A DNA stretch of 64,000 bases, from assembly GCA_965223155.1 (NCBI GenBank), contig CBDCVR010000014.1:704001-768000 (forward strand), read 5' to 3'. This DNA comes from Candidatus Multivoradales bacterium. GTDB taxonomy: Bacteria; Acidobacteriota; Thermoanaerobaculia; Multivoradales; JAHEKO01. Below the pieces are notes generated by a model that worked only from the letters and a program-made list of their open reading frames with translations, did no database searches and had not been told where the DNA came from. A program made the position numbers and the translations under genes. This document shows, one piece after another, positions 29,020 to 37,671 of the stretch (its first letter is position 1; each line of letters begins with the position of its first letter).

Positions 29020-31170
29020 TCAGGCTCCCGGAGAGCCTCCCAGCGCTTGCGCGGGATTGAAGTCCGGAAAGTCGCCCCGCAGCCGCTCCAGCAGGGCCTG
29101 CGCGCGCTCGGTCTCCCCCGCCGCCCGTAGCCACAGTGCCCGGGCGAAGCGGACGCGGGGATCGCCCTCGCCAACCAGCCGGGCGGCGCTCTCGATCGCC
29201 CGCGCCGCCTCGTCGGCCTCTCCCGCGGCGGTCGCGACCATGGCGAGCACGATCAAGGCCTCGGGATTGCCGCCGTCCAGACTTGCCGCCCGCCGAGCCG
29301 GTTCCAGACCCCGGGCCGGTTCGCCCAAGGCTCCGGCGATGCGAGCCAGCGCCTGGAGCGAGCGGGCGTCGTTGCGGTCGAAATGGACCATGGTCTCGAA
29401 CACCGTCCGGGCCTCCTCCAGACGCCCGAGCTCGAGCAGCAGGCGTCCCAGGTCCCGGCCGATCGTCGGCGTATCCGGTGCGATGCGGTGCGCTTCCTGG
29501 TAGGCCTTCAGCGCCTCGGACCTTCGCCCCTGCTGCCACAGCAGCGCGCCGAGCCCCCCGTGCGCCTTTGCATAGCCCGGGCCGGCCGCGATCGCCCGGC
29601 GGAAGGCGTCCTCGGCCTCGTTCGGCCGGCCCTGGCGCTGGAGTGTCCGGCCCAGGCCCGTCCACGAGTACTCCGCGCCCGGCTCCAGCCGAAGCGCCTC
29701 GCGATAGGTCGATTCGGCTTCGGCCAACTTCCCGTCCCGCTCGAGCGAGCTCGCGGTCAGACCCAGTTCTTCGGCAAACCCTCTGGAAGGCTCGTGGCGC
29801 CAGAGATGGGACAAGCCGAAAAGCACCAGGCACGCGGCCAGGAGCCCACCGAGCGACCGCCAGCGCTTCTCGCGCGCCCAGCTCAAGAGCCGGAAGAGCG
29901 TCCAGCCCGCCGGAATCGCCAGAGCCGGCACCAGCGGCAGCCGGTAGCGCGAGCTCATGATGATGAGAATGCAGCTCGCCACCGTTGCGGCGAGATAGGC
30001 ACCCAACCCCCAGGCGAGCCTGCGCTCACGGACCGCCATTCCGAGGCCGGCAACGCCGAGAGCGAAGATCAGCCCGAAGCCGGGCAACAGCCCCAGGAGC
30101 GCCGAGCGCTGCCGGAAGAAGTAGTAGCTGTGCGTCTCACGAACCTCTTCGGCCTGGGTGAGCCACACCGCTTTCCGGGCGAGCCCACGGAGCACTCCGA
30201 GTGGGTTCTCGCGGGTGAGTTCCAGCGCTTTTCCCAGATAGTAGCTCTCGCGATCGGCAACGCTGCGGGCGCCTTCGCGGTAGGCCTCGCCCGCCACCTC
30301 GTCCCAGGTCTCCCCTAAGCGGGCGTAGGGCACGCCCTCGTGCTCCGGATGGTTCCCCATCAGGATGTTGAGCCCGCCGAAACCCTGAAGGAAGAAGGGC
30401 ACCTCGAAGCGTTGGCCGAAACCGCGGGCCACCGGCACGACGACGAGCGCCCAGGTCAGCGCCAGGGCCGCGACCGCCCCGACTCGCGTCTTCCAGGACG
30501 CCGTACCGCCATCGCTCCGCCGCAACCAGAGAGCCAGGGCAAAGGCGGGAACGAACAGGAGACCGGTGGCTCGCACCACGGTCGCAAGTCCCAGCAAGAG
30601 CCCGCTCACCGCACCCGACCAGTGCCCGCTCCGGATCCGAGCTAGAGCGAAGAGCGCGGTCATCAGGAGTAGAACGAAGAGCCCTTCCGCCAGGAAGCTC
30701 ACCTCCACAAAGATGAGCGGTCCCTGAAGGGCGACCAGGGCGCCGGCGGCGAGTCCGCTCCAAGCCCCGAACCAACGCCGGCCCAGAAGCGCCACAACGA
30801 CGCAGACTACCCCTCCCAGAGCTGCTTGGACGGCCCTGGCGCCCGCGAGCGATCCATCCAGGATCTCGAGTACCGAGCCCAAGAAGAACGGGTATCCGGG
30901 AGCGTGGCTGGGAATCCAGATCGGGTTTCCGGCCGCGATCGAACGTGCCCAGGTCAAGAACTCATGGGGATCGAGCTGCGGGCTTCGAAAGAGAACGGTC
31001 TCGGCCAGCGCGCCCGCGACCGCGAGCCGCAAGGCGAAGGCTCCAGCGAACAGCCCGACCAGCCAGAGCCAGAAGCCCGGCACCGTATCGCTTCCTGCGC
31101 CCACCGGCTGTGCCCTGCCGGCGTCCGCTCGGGCGCCCGCCTGCTTCCGCCGCCGCTTCTTCCGACCCAT
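29020..31170 (-). CDS. GT-C (PMT/ArnT-like) membrane glycosyltransferase with C-terminal TPRs
   Basis: Multiple TM helices; LD...F, PGYPFFL, LAEGL, GNHP and RYRLP motifs; TPR tail. Confidence 0.75.
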   Translation of the reverse strand: MGRKKRRRKQAGARADAGRAQPVGAGSDTVPGFWLWLVGLFAGAFALRLAVAGALAETVLFRSPQLDPHEFLTWARSIAAGNPIWIPSHAPGYPFFLGSVLEILDGSLAGARAVQAALGGVVCVVVALLGRRWFGAWSGLAAGALVALQGPLIFVEVSFLAEGLFVLLLMTALFALARIRSGHWSGAVSGLLLGLATVVRATGLLFVPAFALALWLRRSDGGTASWKTRVGAVAALALTWALVVVPVARGFGQRFEVPFFLQGFGGLNILMGNHPEHEGVPYARLGETWDEVAGEAYREGARSVADRESYYLGKALELTRENPLGVLRGLARKAVWLTQAEEVRETHSYYFFRQRSALLGLLPGFGLIFALGVAGLGMAVRERRLAWGLGAYLAATVASCILIIMSSRYRLPLVPALAIPAGWTLFRLLSWAREKRWRSLGGLLAACLVLFGLSHLWRHEPSRGFAEELGLTASSLERDGKLAEAESTYREALRLEPGAEYSWTGLGRTLQRQGRPNEAEDAFRRAIAAGPGYAKAHGGLGALLWQQGRRSEALKAYQEAHRIAPDTPTIGRDLGRLLLELGRLEEARTVFETMVHFDRNDARSLQALARIAGALGEPARGLEPARRAASLDGGNPEALIVLAMVATAAGEADEAARAIESAARLVGEGDPRVRFARALWLRAAGETERAQALLERLRGDFPDFNPAQALGGSPGA

Positions 31171-31173
31171 TGC

Positions 31174-32217
31174 CTAACCCAGATACGCCAGCAACCCGTG
31201 ATCCTCGAAGCAGCGGTACAGAGCGGCCGCGACATAGCGGTCCCCGAGGTCCTGAAAGTGAATCCCATCCTCCAGGAAGAGACGCTGCCGGCGTTCTTCC
31301 AGGGGCACGCCCTCGAAGGCGGCGGCCAGATCGCACAACGGCACGCCCTCGGTCGCGGCCACCTCGCGCACCACGTCGGCGTAGCGCCGGTGCATGGGCA
31401 CGAGCTCCGCAAGATCGGTCACCCAGCGTCCCTCCAGGTACTTGGGCTCGGAACCCTCAGCGTGCGACGAGGGCGCGGTCAGAAGTACCGGGATCACGTC
31501 CGCGACGTGGGCCGCCGCCACCAGATCTCTCAGCGAGCTCCGGAAGGAATCGAGCGGAACCCGGACCGGGGGCGGATCGTCCTCACCGATCCAGCCCACG
31601 TACGCCTTAAGCAGCAACTGGACCAGGCGCGAGCCCTGCCTGCGGAAGACCGGCATGCGCGCGATCTCGAGCGCTTTGCGATCCTCGACGCCGATGCTCA
31701 GCCAGTGATCGTTCCAGCCATAGTAGACGGTCGCCAGCCTGGGCCGGATGCGGACGACGTCTCGGCGCATCTGCTCCAGCCCCTGCACCGCGGTCCAGCC
31801 CGCGGTAGCCAGGTTGGCATGGCGCACGGGCCGGCCCAGCCCCCGCTCCAACCCGCCGGCAAGATACTCGGGATAGCGCCCGAGGTGGGTGCAGCTATCA
31901 CCCAGAAAGACCAGCGCGGGCCGGTCGCGGACGGCTTCCTCCACGATGCGATCGTAGTCTCCCCGCACCCAGATCAGGTCGGGGTCGATGTCGAAGTGAT
32001 CCAGCACGGTGTCCGGGTTGGGCGCCGTACTTTCGACCACGTGGATGCGCAGCTGGTACTCGAATCCCACCAGCCGCAGTACCAGCTCGACCGCGGCAAG
32101 CGTGAGCGCGACCGCGGCGAGGGCGGCCAGGGCTTTGGTCCAGGGCGAGCGCTTCCGTTTCGCGGTCCTCTTGCGGGCCTTGCTCTTGCGCTGTTTCGCC
32201 ACGGAACGACTCGACAT
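31174..32217 (-). CDS. Membrane-anchored SGNH/GDSL hydrolase
   Basis: LGDSCT (block I), GWND (block III), DGIH (block V); N-terminal TM ending AVELVLR. Confidence 0.85.
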   Translation of the reverse strand: MSSRSVAKQRKSKARKRTAKRKRSPWTKALAALAAVALTLAAVELVLRLVGFEYQLRIHVVESTAPNPDTVLDHFDIDPDLIWVRGDYDRIVEEAVRDRPALVFLGDSCTHLGRYPEYLAGGLERGLGRPVRHANLATAGWTAVQGLEQMRRDVVRIRPRLATVYYGWNDHWLSIGVEDRKALEIARMPVFRRQGSRLVQLLLKAYVGWIGEDDPPPVRVPLDSFRSSLRDLVAAAHVADVIPVLLTAPSSHAEGSEPKYLEGRWVTDLAELVPMHRRYADVVREVAATEGVPLCDLAAAFEGVPLEERRQRLFLEDGIHFQDLGDRYVAAALYRCFEDHGLLAYLG

Positions 32218-32278
32218 CCTGCTTTCGAAAGCTCTCGAACGGAGCAAAGAGTATCAGTGCCTGCGGTACTATTTTTCG

Positions 32279-34009
32279 ATGCTGGGCCGGCCGGTCAGGA
32301 CTCATACGCAGCTGGCCTCCGCCTTCGTCGCAGCTTGCTGCTGGCTTTGCCCGGCTGGAGCCCAGACACCGGACGCGGCCGCCTCCGGCGGCACCGACCA
32401 TGCCGCGCCGATTCGATTCCGGGAGGTCTCGGAGACCTGGGGACTCGACTTCCGCCACCACCACGGCGGCTCGGGTCGCCGATACATGGTCGAGACCATG
32501 ATCGGTGGCCTCGTCGCCTTTGACTACGACGGCGACGGCGACCACGATCTCTTCTTCGTGGACGGCGCCGCCCTACCCGGCTACGACGGCGAGACTCCGA
32601 TCTCGAAGCTCTTTCGCAACGACGGAGCCGCGGGCTTCGTCGACGTCACCGCCTCGGCCGGCCTCTCGACCGACGCCTACGGCAGCGGCGCGGTTACGGC
32701 CGACGTTGACGGCGATCGCGATCTCGATCTCTATCTGACGGTTTTCGGCACGAATCTGTTCTTCGAGAATCTGGGAGACGGCACCTTCCGCGAACGCGGC
32801 CGCGAGCTAGGCCTCGACGAAGCCAGCTTTGCCGCGGCCGGCGCGTTCGCGGACGCCGATCTGGACGGCGATCTGGATCTCTACCTGGCCAACTACGTTC
32901 GGTTCACGATCGACGCTCACCGGCCCTGCACTAACGACATCGGCGTCGAGGGCTATTGCCGCGGCACCAACTATCCTTCGGCCCGCGACGTCTTCTTCCG
33001 CAATCACGAGGGCCGCTTTCAGGATGAGACCGCTGCGGCCGGCTTCACCACCGCCTACGCCCCCGGCCTCGGCGTGCTCTTCGCCGACTTCGACTTCGAC
33101 GGCGCTCCCGACGTCTACGTCGCCAACGACGGCGCCCCCAATTTTCTGTTCCGAAACATGGGAGACGGCACCTTTCTGGATGACTCCCTGCTTTCGGGCA
33201 CCGCGTTCAGCGGCACTGGGGCGCCCGAGGGTGGCATGGGCGTGGCCCTCGGCGACGTTGACGAAAACGGCCTCTTCGACATCCTGGTGACCAACTTCGA
33301 GCTCGAGACCAACGCCCTCTACACCACCGAGGGCGAGGCCCTCTACTCTGACCGGCGTTTCCGGCATGGCATTGCCGAGCCGTCCCTCCCCTACGTCGGG
33401 TTCGGGGTGGACTTCGGCGATCTCGACAACGACGGCGACCTGGATCTTCTGGTCGCCAACGGTCACGTCCTGGACAACCCTCAGGAGCTCCAGGGTCTCG
33501 GCGCGTTCGAGCAGCCCAACCAGGTCTACGCCAATCTGGGCAGCGGCCGCTTCCGGGCGGTGCCAGAGGCTGGCCTGGACGTCACGCGTGCCAGCCGCGG
33601 CCTGGTCACCGCCGATCTGGATGGCGACGGCGACCTGGACTTCGCCGTCAACAACTCCAACGATCGCGCCGAGGTCTACGAGAACCTGACCGAGGGCGGA
33701 AGCTGGCTGGCGGTGGATCTGGACAGCCTCCAGGGCCGGCATCTGGGTGTCGGCTCCCGGCTCGTCGCCAAACGCTCCGGCACCAGCTTCTTGCGCGTTG
33801 CTCTGGCTGGGAACTCGTACCTGTCCCAGAGCGCCGACACCGTCCACTTCGGACTGCCCCCGGAACCCGCCGCAAGCCCGGCGGCCGGGCCACCATCAGT
33901 CGATCTCGAGATCTCGTGGCCGACGGCTCCCCGCCAGTTGTTCCGCGAGCTGCCGGCCGACCGAAGGGTCCGGGTCTTCGCTTCGGTCCCGACGCGACCG
34001 GCCGGCTAG
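32279..34009 (+). CDS. CRTAC1-family FG-GAP/ASPIC-UnbV protein
   Basis: FRHHHGGSG, DxDxDGD repeats, GGMG, SRGL, SYLSQ. Start moved to in-frame ATG 32279 to avoid overlapping the divergent SGNH gene. Confidence 0.87.
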   Translation: MLGRPVRTHTQLASAFVAACCWLCPAGAQTPDAAASGGTDHAAPIRFREVSETWGLDFRHHHGGSGRRYMVETMIGGLVAFDYDGDGDHDLFFVDGAALPGYDGETPISKLFRNDGAAGFVDVTASAGLSTDAYGSGAVTADVDGDRDLDLYLTVFGTNLFFENLGDGTFRERGRELGLDEASFAAAGAFADADLDGDLDLYLANYVRFTIDAHRPCTNDIGVEGYCRGTNYPSARDVFFRNHEGRFQDETAAAGFTTAYAPGLGVLFADFDFDGAPDVYVANDGAPNFLFRNMGDGTFLDDSLLSGTAFSGTGAPEGGMGVALGDVDENGLFDILVTNFELETNALYTTEGEALYSDRRFRHGIAEPSLPYVGFGVDFGDLDNDGDLDLLVANGHVLDNPQELQGLGAFEQPNQVYANLGSGRFRAVPEAGLDVTRASRGLVTADLDGDGDLDFAVNNSNDRAEVYENLTEGGSWLAVDLDSLQGRHLGVGSRLVAKRSGTSFLRVALAGNSYLSQSADTVHFGLPPEPAASPAAGPPSVDLEISWPTAPRQLFRELPADRRVRVFASVPTRPAG

Positions 34010-35835
34010 CGGACCAGGACCACCGTCCTGCCCACCGGCAGGTCCAAGTAGCGCGCCACGCTCCGCCCCCGGTAGACCAGCTCGACGACGTCCACCTTGC
34101 GAGCAGCGCCCAGCCCGAAATGGGCCCGGAGAGCGCTCTGAGACAGATATCCCTCGCCACTCTGGACTTCGCGGATCTGCCGTTCCGGTACGCGGTCGCC
34201 GCCAACCGCCCGTCCCGGCGAGGTCGTCACCCGGAAGCGAACGCCGATGCCATGGTGTAGGTCGGCGCCGCGCACCGCCAGCTGGATCCAGGTCCCACGG
34301 CCGACCGACTCACTCGACTCCACCGGATCATTGCGGTAGAGCGACGGCCGATCGTTGATGTTGTTGACCACGACATCCACGTCGCCGTCCTCGTCGAAGT
34401 CCCCGAAAGCGGCTCCCCGGCTGGAGAAATCATTCTGGTCCGCCTCGAAGACGCTGTCGGTAACGTCCTCGAAACGGCCGCCCGCGGCCAGGTCCCGGTT
34501 CCAGAAGACCTGGTTCGGCTGCCGGTAGGTGGAGCCGATCGAGAACTCCTCGACATCCTCGTAGATGTGGCCGTTGGCCACGAAAAGATCCTCCCTGCCG
34601 TCATTGTCGAAATCCTGGAAGCCGGTGCTCCATGCCAGGTGCGGCAAGGACGGCCCGGCCAGGCCGACCGGATAGCTGGCGTCCTGGAACAACCCCGACC
34701 CGAAGTTCCGGTAGAAGGTGTTGTGATCCTGGGAGAAGTTCGTCACCAGCAGATCCAGGTCGCCGTCGTTGTCGGGATCTCCGGAGGTCACTCCCATTCC
34801 CGCCTGGGCCTCGGCCCGCCCGTTGACCGCGACTCCCGACAAGAGCGCGCTATCCACGAGTCCAGAGCCGCCCGTGCCCATTGCGCTCGTCGCGTCCGTG
34901 CCGCCAAGAAAGAGGACGTTCGACTCCGAATCGTTGGCGACGTAGACGTCTGGAATCCCGTCGTCATCGAGATCGTTGACCACCAGGGCCAGGCCGTAGC
35001 GCACCATCGGTGTCACGTCCGCAACCGGAACCTCGCCGAAGCTCCCCCGGGGCGCATCCAGGTTGCGGTACAGGCGGTCGCGCTCGGCGGTCAGGCCGAG
35101 TGGGCCGCAGAAAACGGTCTTGCCCAGATAGTTGCAGCCCGGCGGATCAGCTCGATGGGGCACTTCGGACTCCTCGAAGTCAACATAGTTGGCAACGTAG
35201 AGATCGAGCGCGCCGTCGCCGTCGAAGTCGGCAAAGGCGCAACTGGCGCTCCACTCCTCCGGCGCCTCCCCGGCCTCCTCACCCAGCGCCGTCCGTTCGA
35301 AGACCCCGGAGCCTGTGCCGCGGAAGAGGTAGTTGGGACCCAGAGCGGTCAGCAGGAAGTCTCCGAGGCCGTCCCCATCGAAGTCGCCGGCGCAGAGCCC
35401 CATGCCCCAGCCAAACGCTTCCAGCCCCGACTCCCGGGTGACGTCGACAAAGGTACCGCCGTCGTTCCGGTAGAGATGGAGCATCGGGTCGCCACCGGTC
35501 CCGAGCCGCTCCAGGGTCGAACCGTTGGTCAGCAGAACGTCCAGATCGCCATCCCCGTCGTAGTCGAGAAACGCGGCGCCGCTCCCGGTGGAGTCGACAA
35601 TGTAGTCCTTGGCGAGCTCGCCGGCGGTGTTGAGAGCGCCGACCCCCGCCTCGCCAGCTACCTCCACCAGCCGGAAGCCCGGTTTCGGGCCCGGTCCTTC
35701 GCCCGCGCGCACCGATCCGGCAACCGTGGCAAGCACCACGAGGCCCAAGAACCACCAGAGGCCCTGGCCCGCAAGGTCCGGCAAACCTGGACTGCGCTCC
35801 GGACGCCGGGCTGGCGGCGCCGTCGAACTCTGCAC
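34006..35835 (-). CDS. CRTAC1-family FG-GAP/ASPIC-UnbV protein
   Basis: DYDGDGDLD repeats, FCGP, QAGMG, SRGAAFGD, GYLSQS..AHFGLG. Start estimated at GTG 35835. Confidence 0.87.
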   Translation of the reverse strand: MQSSTAPPARRPERSPGLPDLAGQGLWWFLGLVVLATVAGSVRAGEGPGPKPGFRLVEVAGEAGVGALNTAGELAKDYIVDSTGSGAAFLDYDGDGDLDVLLTNGSTLERLGTGGDPMLHLYRNDGGTFVDVTRESGLEAFGWGMGLCAGDFDGDGLGDFLLTALGPNYLFRGTGSGVFERTALGEEAGEAPEEWSASCAFADFDGDGALDLYVANYVDFEESEVPHRADPPGCNYLGKTVFCGPLGLTAERDRLYRNLDAPRGSFGEVPVADVTPMVRYGLALVVNDLDDDGIPDVYVANDSESNVLFLGGTDATSAMGTGGSGLVDSALLSGVAVNGRAEAQAGMGVTSGDPDNDGDLDLLVTNFSQDHNTFYRNFGSGLFQDASYPVGLAGPSLPHLAWSTGFQDFDNDGREDLFVANGHIYEDVEEFSIGSTYRQPNQVFWNRDLAAGGRFEDVTDSVFEADQNDFSSRGAAFGDFDEDGDVDVVVNNINDRPSLYRNDPVESSESVGRGTWIQLAVRGADLHHGIGVRFRVTTSPGRAVGGDRVPERQIREVQSGEGYLSQSALRAHFGLGAARKVDVVELVYRGRSVARYLDLPVGRTVVLVR

Positions 35836-35976
35836 GGCCGGGATTGTGCCACAGCAGATTCCTGGCTTGCCTCTTGCAGCCGATTCCCTTCGGCCGGCCG
35901 GCCCGCGAGTCCGGCTGCCGCAGGAAGCTACAATGCGCGGGCGGCATCCGCCACTCGCCCGCCGAGGAACCCTCCA

Positions 35977-37671
35977 ATGCATCGAAGTCACCGCACCGTC
36001 TCGACGACTGGCCTGGCCCTGATGGCCCTGATGGCTCTGATGGCTCTGATGGCTCTGATCACCCCGCTCGCATGGTTCGCCCAGCCCGCGGCCGCCCAGC
36101 CGCTCGCCGAGCCGATGAGTGATGAGCGGGCGCGCAAGGTCGAGCGCGCCGTCGAGTTGGCGCAGCAGGGTCAGATCGACGCGGCCCGCGAGATCCTGAA
36201 CGGCATCGACACAAACTCCCTCGACGCGCCGGGGCAAGCCCTCATCGGCGCGATCTACGCCCAGATCGGTCCCCCGGCCCGAGCTCTCGAGCTCCTGGCG
36301 CCTCTCGCCGACGCCGCCGACGCCAACCCGGCGGTTCTCTACAACGCCGGGCGCGCGGCCTTCACCATGGGCCAGTTCGCCAGAGCGGAACGGTACTGGC
36401 AGCGGAGCGTAGACGTTCAACCCAACACTCCGGCTTCCCGGGAACTGGCCTTGCTCCGCGCACGGGACGGACGCTGCGATGCGGCCTATCCGGATCTGGT
36501 CTCCTGGCTGCGCGGCGGCGGCGACGAGCCGGAGGTCAAGCTAGTGTCCGCCCTGTGCGCCGTCCAGATGGAACGGCCTCCCGATGCCGAGGAGTTTCTA
36601 GCCGATCTTCCTCAGGAAGATCCTCGCGTCCAGTTGCTCCAGGGCAAGCTCCGCCTGCTGCGCTCCGATCCCGACGGCGCCATCGAGATCCTGGAAAAGG
36701 TCTTCCAGAACCATCCGCCGGCCATGGACTTGGACGTCCGACGCACCCTGGCCGACGTCTACTCGGCCACCGGCCGAGCCTCCCAGGCCGTCGACCTCCT
36801 GCTGGGCCAGGTCGAAGGGCGCCCGGACGCCGTCCTGCAGCTCGGGCTCGCTCAGTATCAGAGCGGCGACCTGGACGGGGCGCTGGCTACCCTCGAGCCC
36901 GCCGCGGCGGCGCTGCTGGCTCGCCTCCAGGCCGGTCAGCCCGCCGGCGAGTACCCCACGGCTCTCCTCATCGAATACGGCCGGTTCTTGGTGCTGGGCG
37001 GCCGCCATGCCGAAGCGCTTCCCTATCTCGAAACCGCTACCCAGGTGGTCCCGGACAGGAAGCAGGGCTGGCAGCAGCTAGGTCAAGCCCTGGCCGCGGT
37101 CGGTCGCCGGGACGAGGCGCGCGCCGCGCTCGACCAGTTCCAGAACATCGTCCAAAACGAGGTCCCTGGCTCGCTGCGCAACATCCGACTCAAGGGCGGC
37201 TTCGAGGATCCGGTCGATCGCGAGCTCCGCCGCGCGTACCTGCTGATGCTCCAGGATCAAGGCACCGAGGCACTCGAGATCGTGCAACGGGAAGCGCGGC
37301 TGGCCCCGAACGATCCCAGGCCCCGCTTGCTCGAGGCCCGCATCTACCTGGCGCTGGAGGACTTCGACGCCGCCGCGGCCACCGCCGACGCTCTCGTCTC
37401 CGGGCTTCCGGGCAACGCCGACGCCCTGTATATCCGCGGCACCACACGCATGGCGCGCCAAGACGTCGAGGGCGCCGAGAGCGACTTGCGTGGCGCTCTG
37501 GAGCTCCATCCGGAGCACACCGCCGCCCTCAATGATCTGGCCGTCCTGCTCATGGACACCGAGCGCGGCGAGGAAGCCCGCGGCCTCCTCGAACGAGCAC
37601 TCGAGATCCGTCCCGACGACGCTCTCGCGCGCGAAAACCTGGCCAAGCTCGACGCCGGCGGCTCGGGCTAG
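35977..37671 (+). CDS. Exported TPR-repeat protein (full-length copy)
   Basis: GAGG RBS then in-frame ATG 35977, signal peptide containing (LMA)n, TPRs (ALNDLAVLL). Confidence 0.85.
   Translation: MHRSHRTVSTTGLALMALMALMALMALITPLAWFAQPAAAQPLAEPMSDERARKVERAVELAQQGQIDAAREILNGIDTNSLDAPGQALIGAIYAQIGPPARALELLAPLADAADANPAVLYNAGRAAFTMGQFARAERYWQRSVDVQPNTPASRELALLRARDGRCDAAYPDLVSWLRGGGDEPEVKLVSALCAVQMERPPDAEEFLADLPQEDPRVQLLQGKLRLLRSDPDGAIEILEKVFQNHPPAMDLDVRRTLADVYSATGRASQAVDLLLGQVEGRPDAVLQLGLAQYQSGDLDGALATLEPAAAALLARLQAGQPAGEYPTALLIEYGRFLVLGGRHAEALPYLETATQVVPDRKQGWQQLGQALAAVGRRDEARAALDQFQNIVQNEVPGSLRNIRLKGGFEDPVDRELRRAYLLMLQDQGTEALEIVQREARLAPNDPRPRLLEARIYLALEDFDAAAATADALVSGLPGNADALYIRGTTRMARQDVEGAESDLRGALELHPEHTAALNDLAVLLMDTERGEEARGLLERALEIRPDDALARENLAKLDAGGSG
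36019..36059 (+). repeat. 9-bp tandem repeat (CTGATGGCY) x4.5 in the signal peptide
   Basis: CTGATGGCC CTGATGGCT CTGATGGCT CTGATGGCT CTGAT encodes LMALMALMALMAL. Confidence 0.92.

Noticed and set aside
34567-35976. Long N-terminal extensions on ORFs starting at 4759, 32009, 34567 and 36420
   Set aside because: They overlap divergent real genes, and signal peptides begin at downstream in-frame starts.
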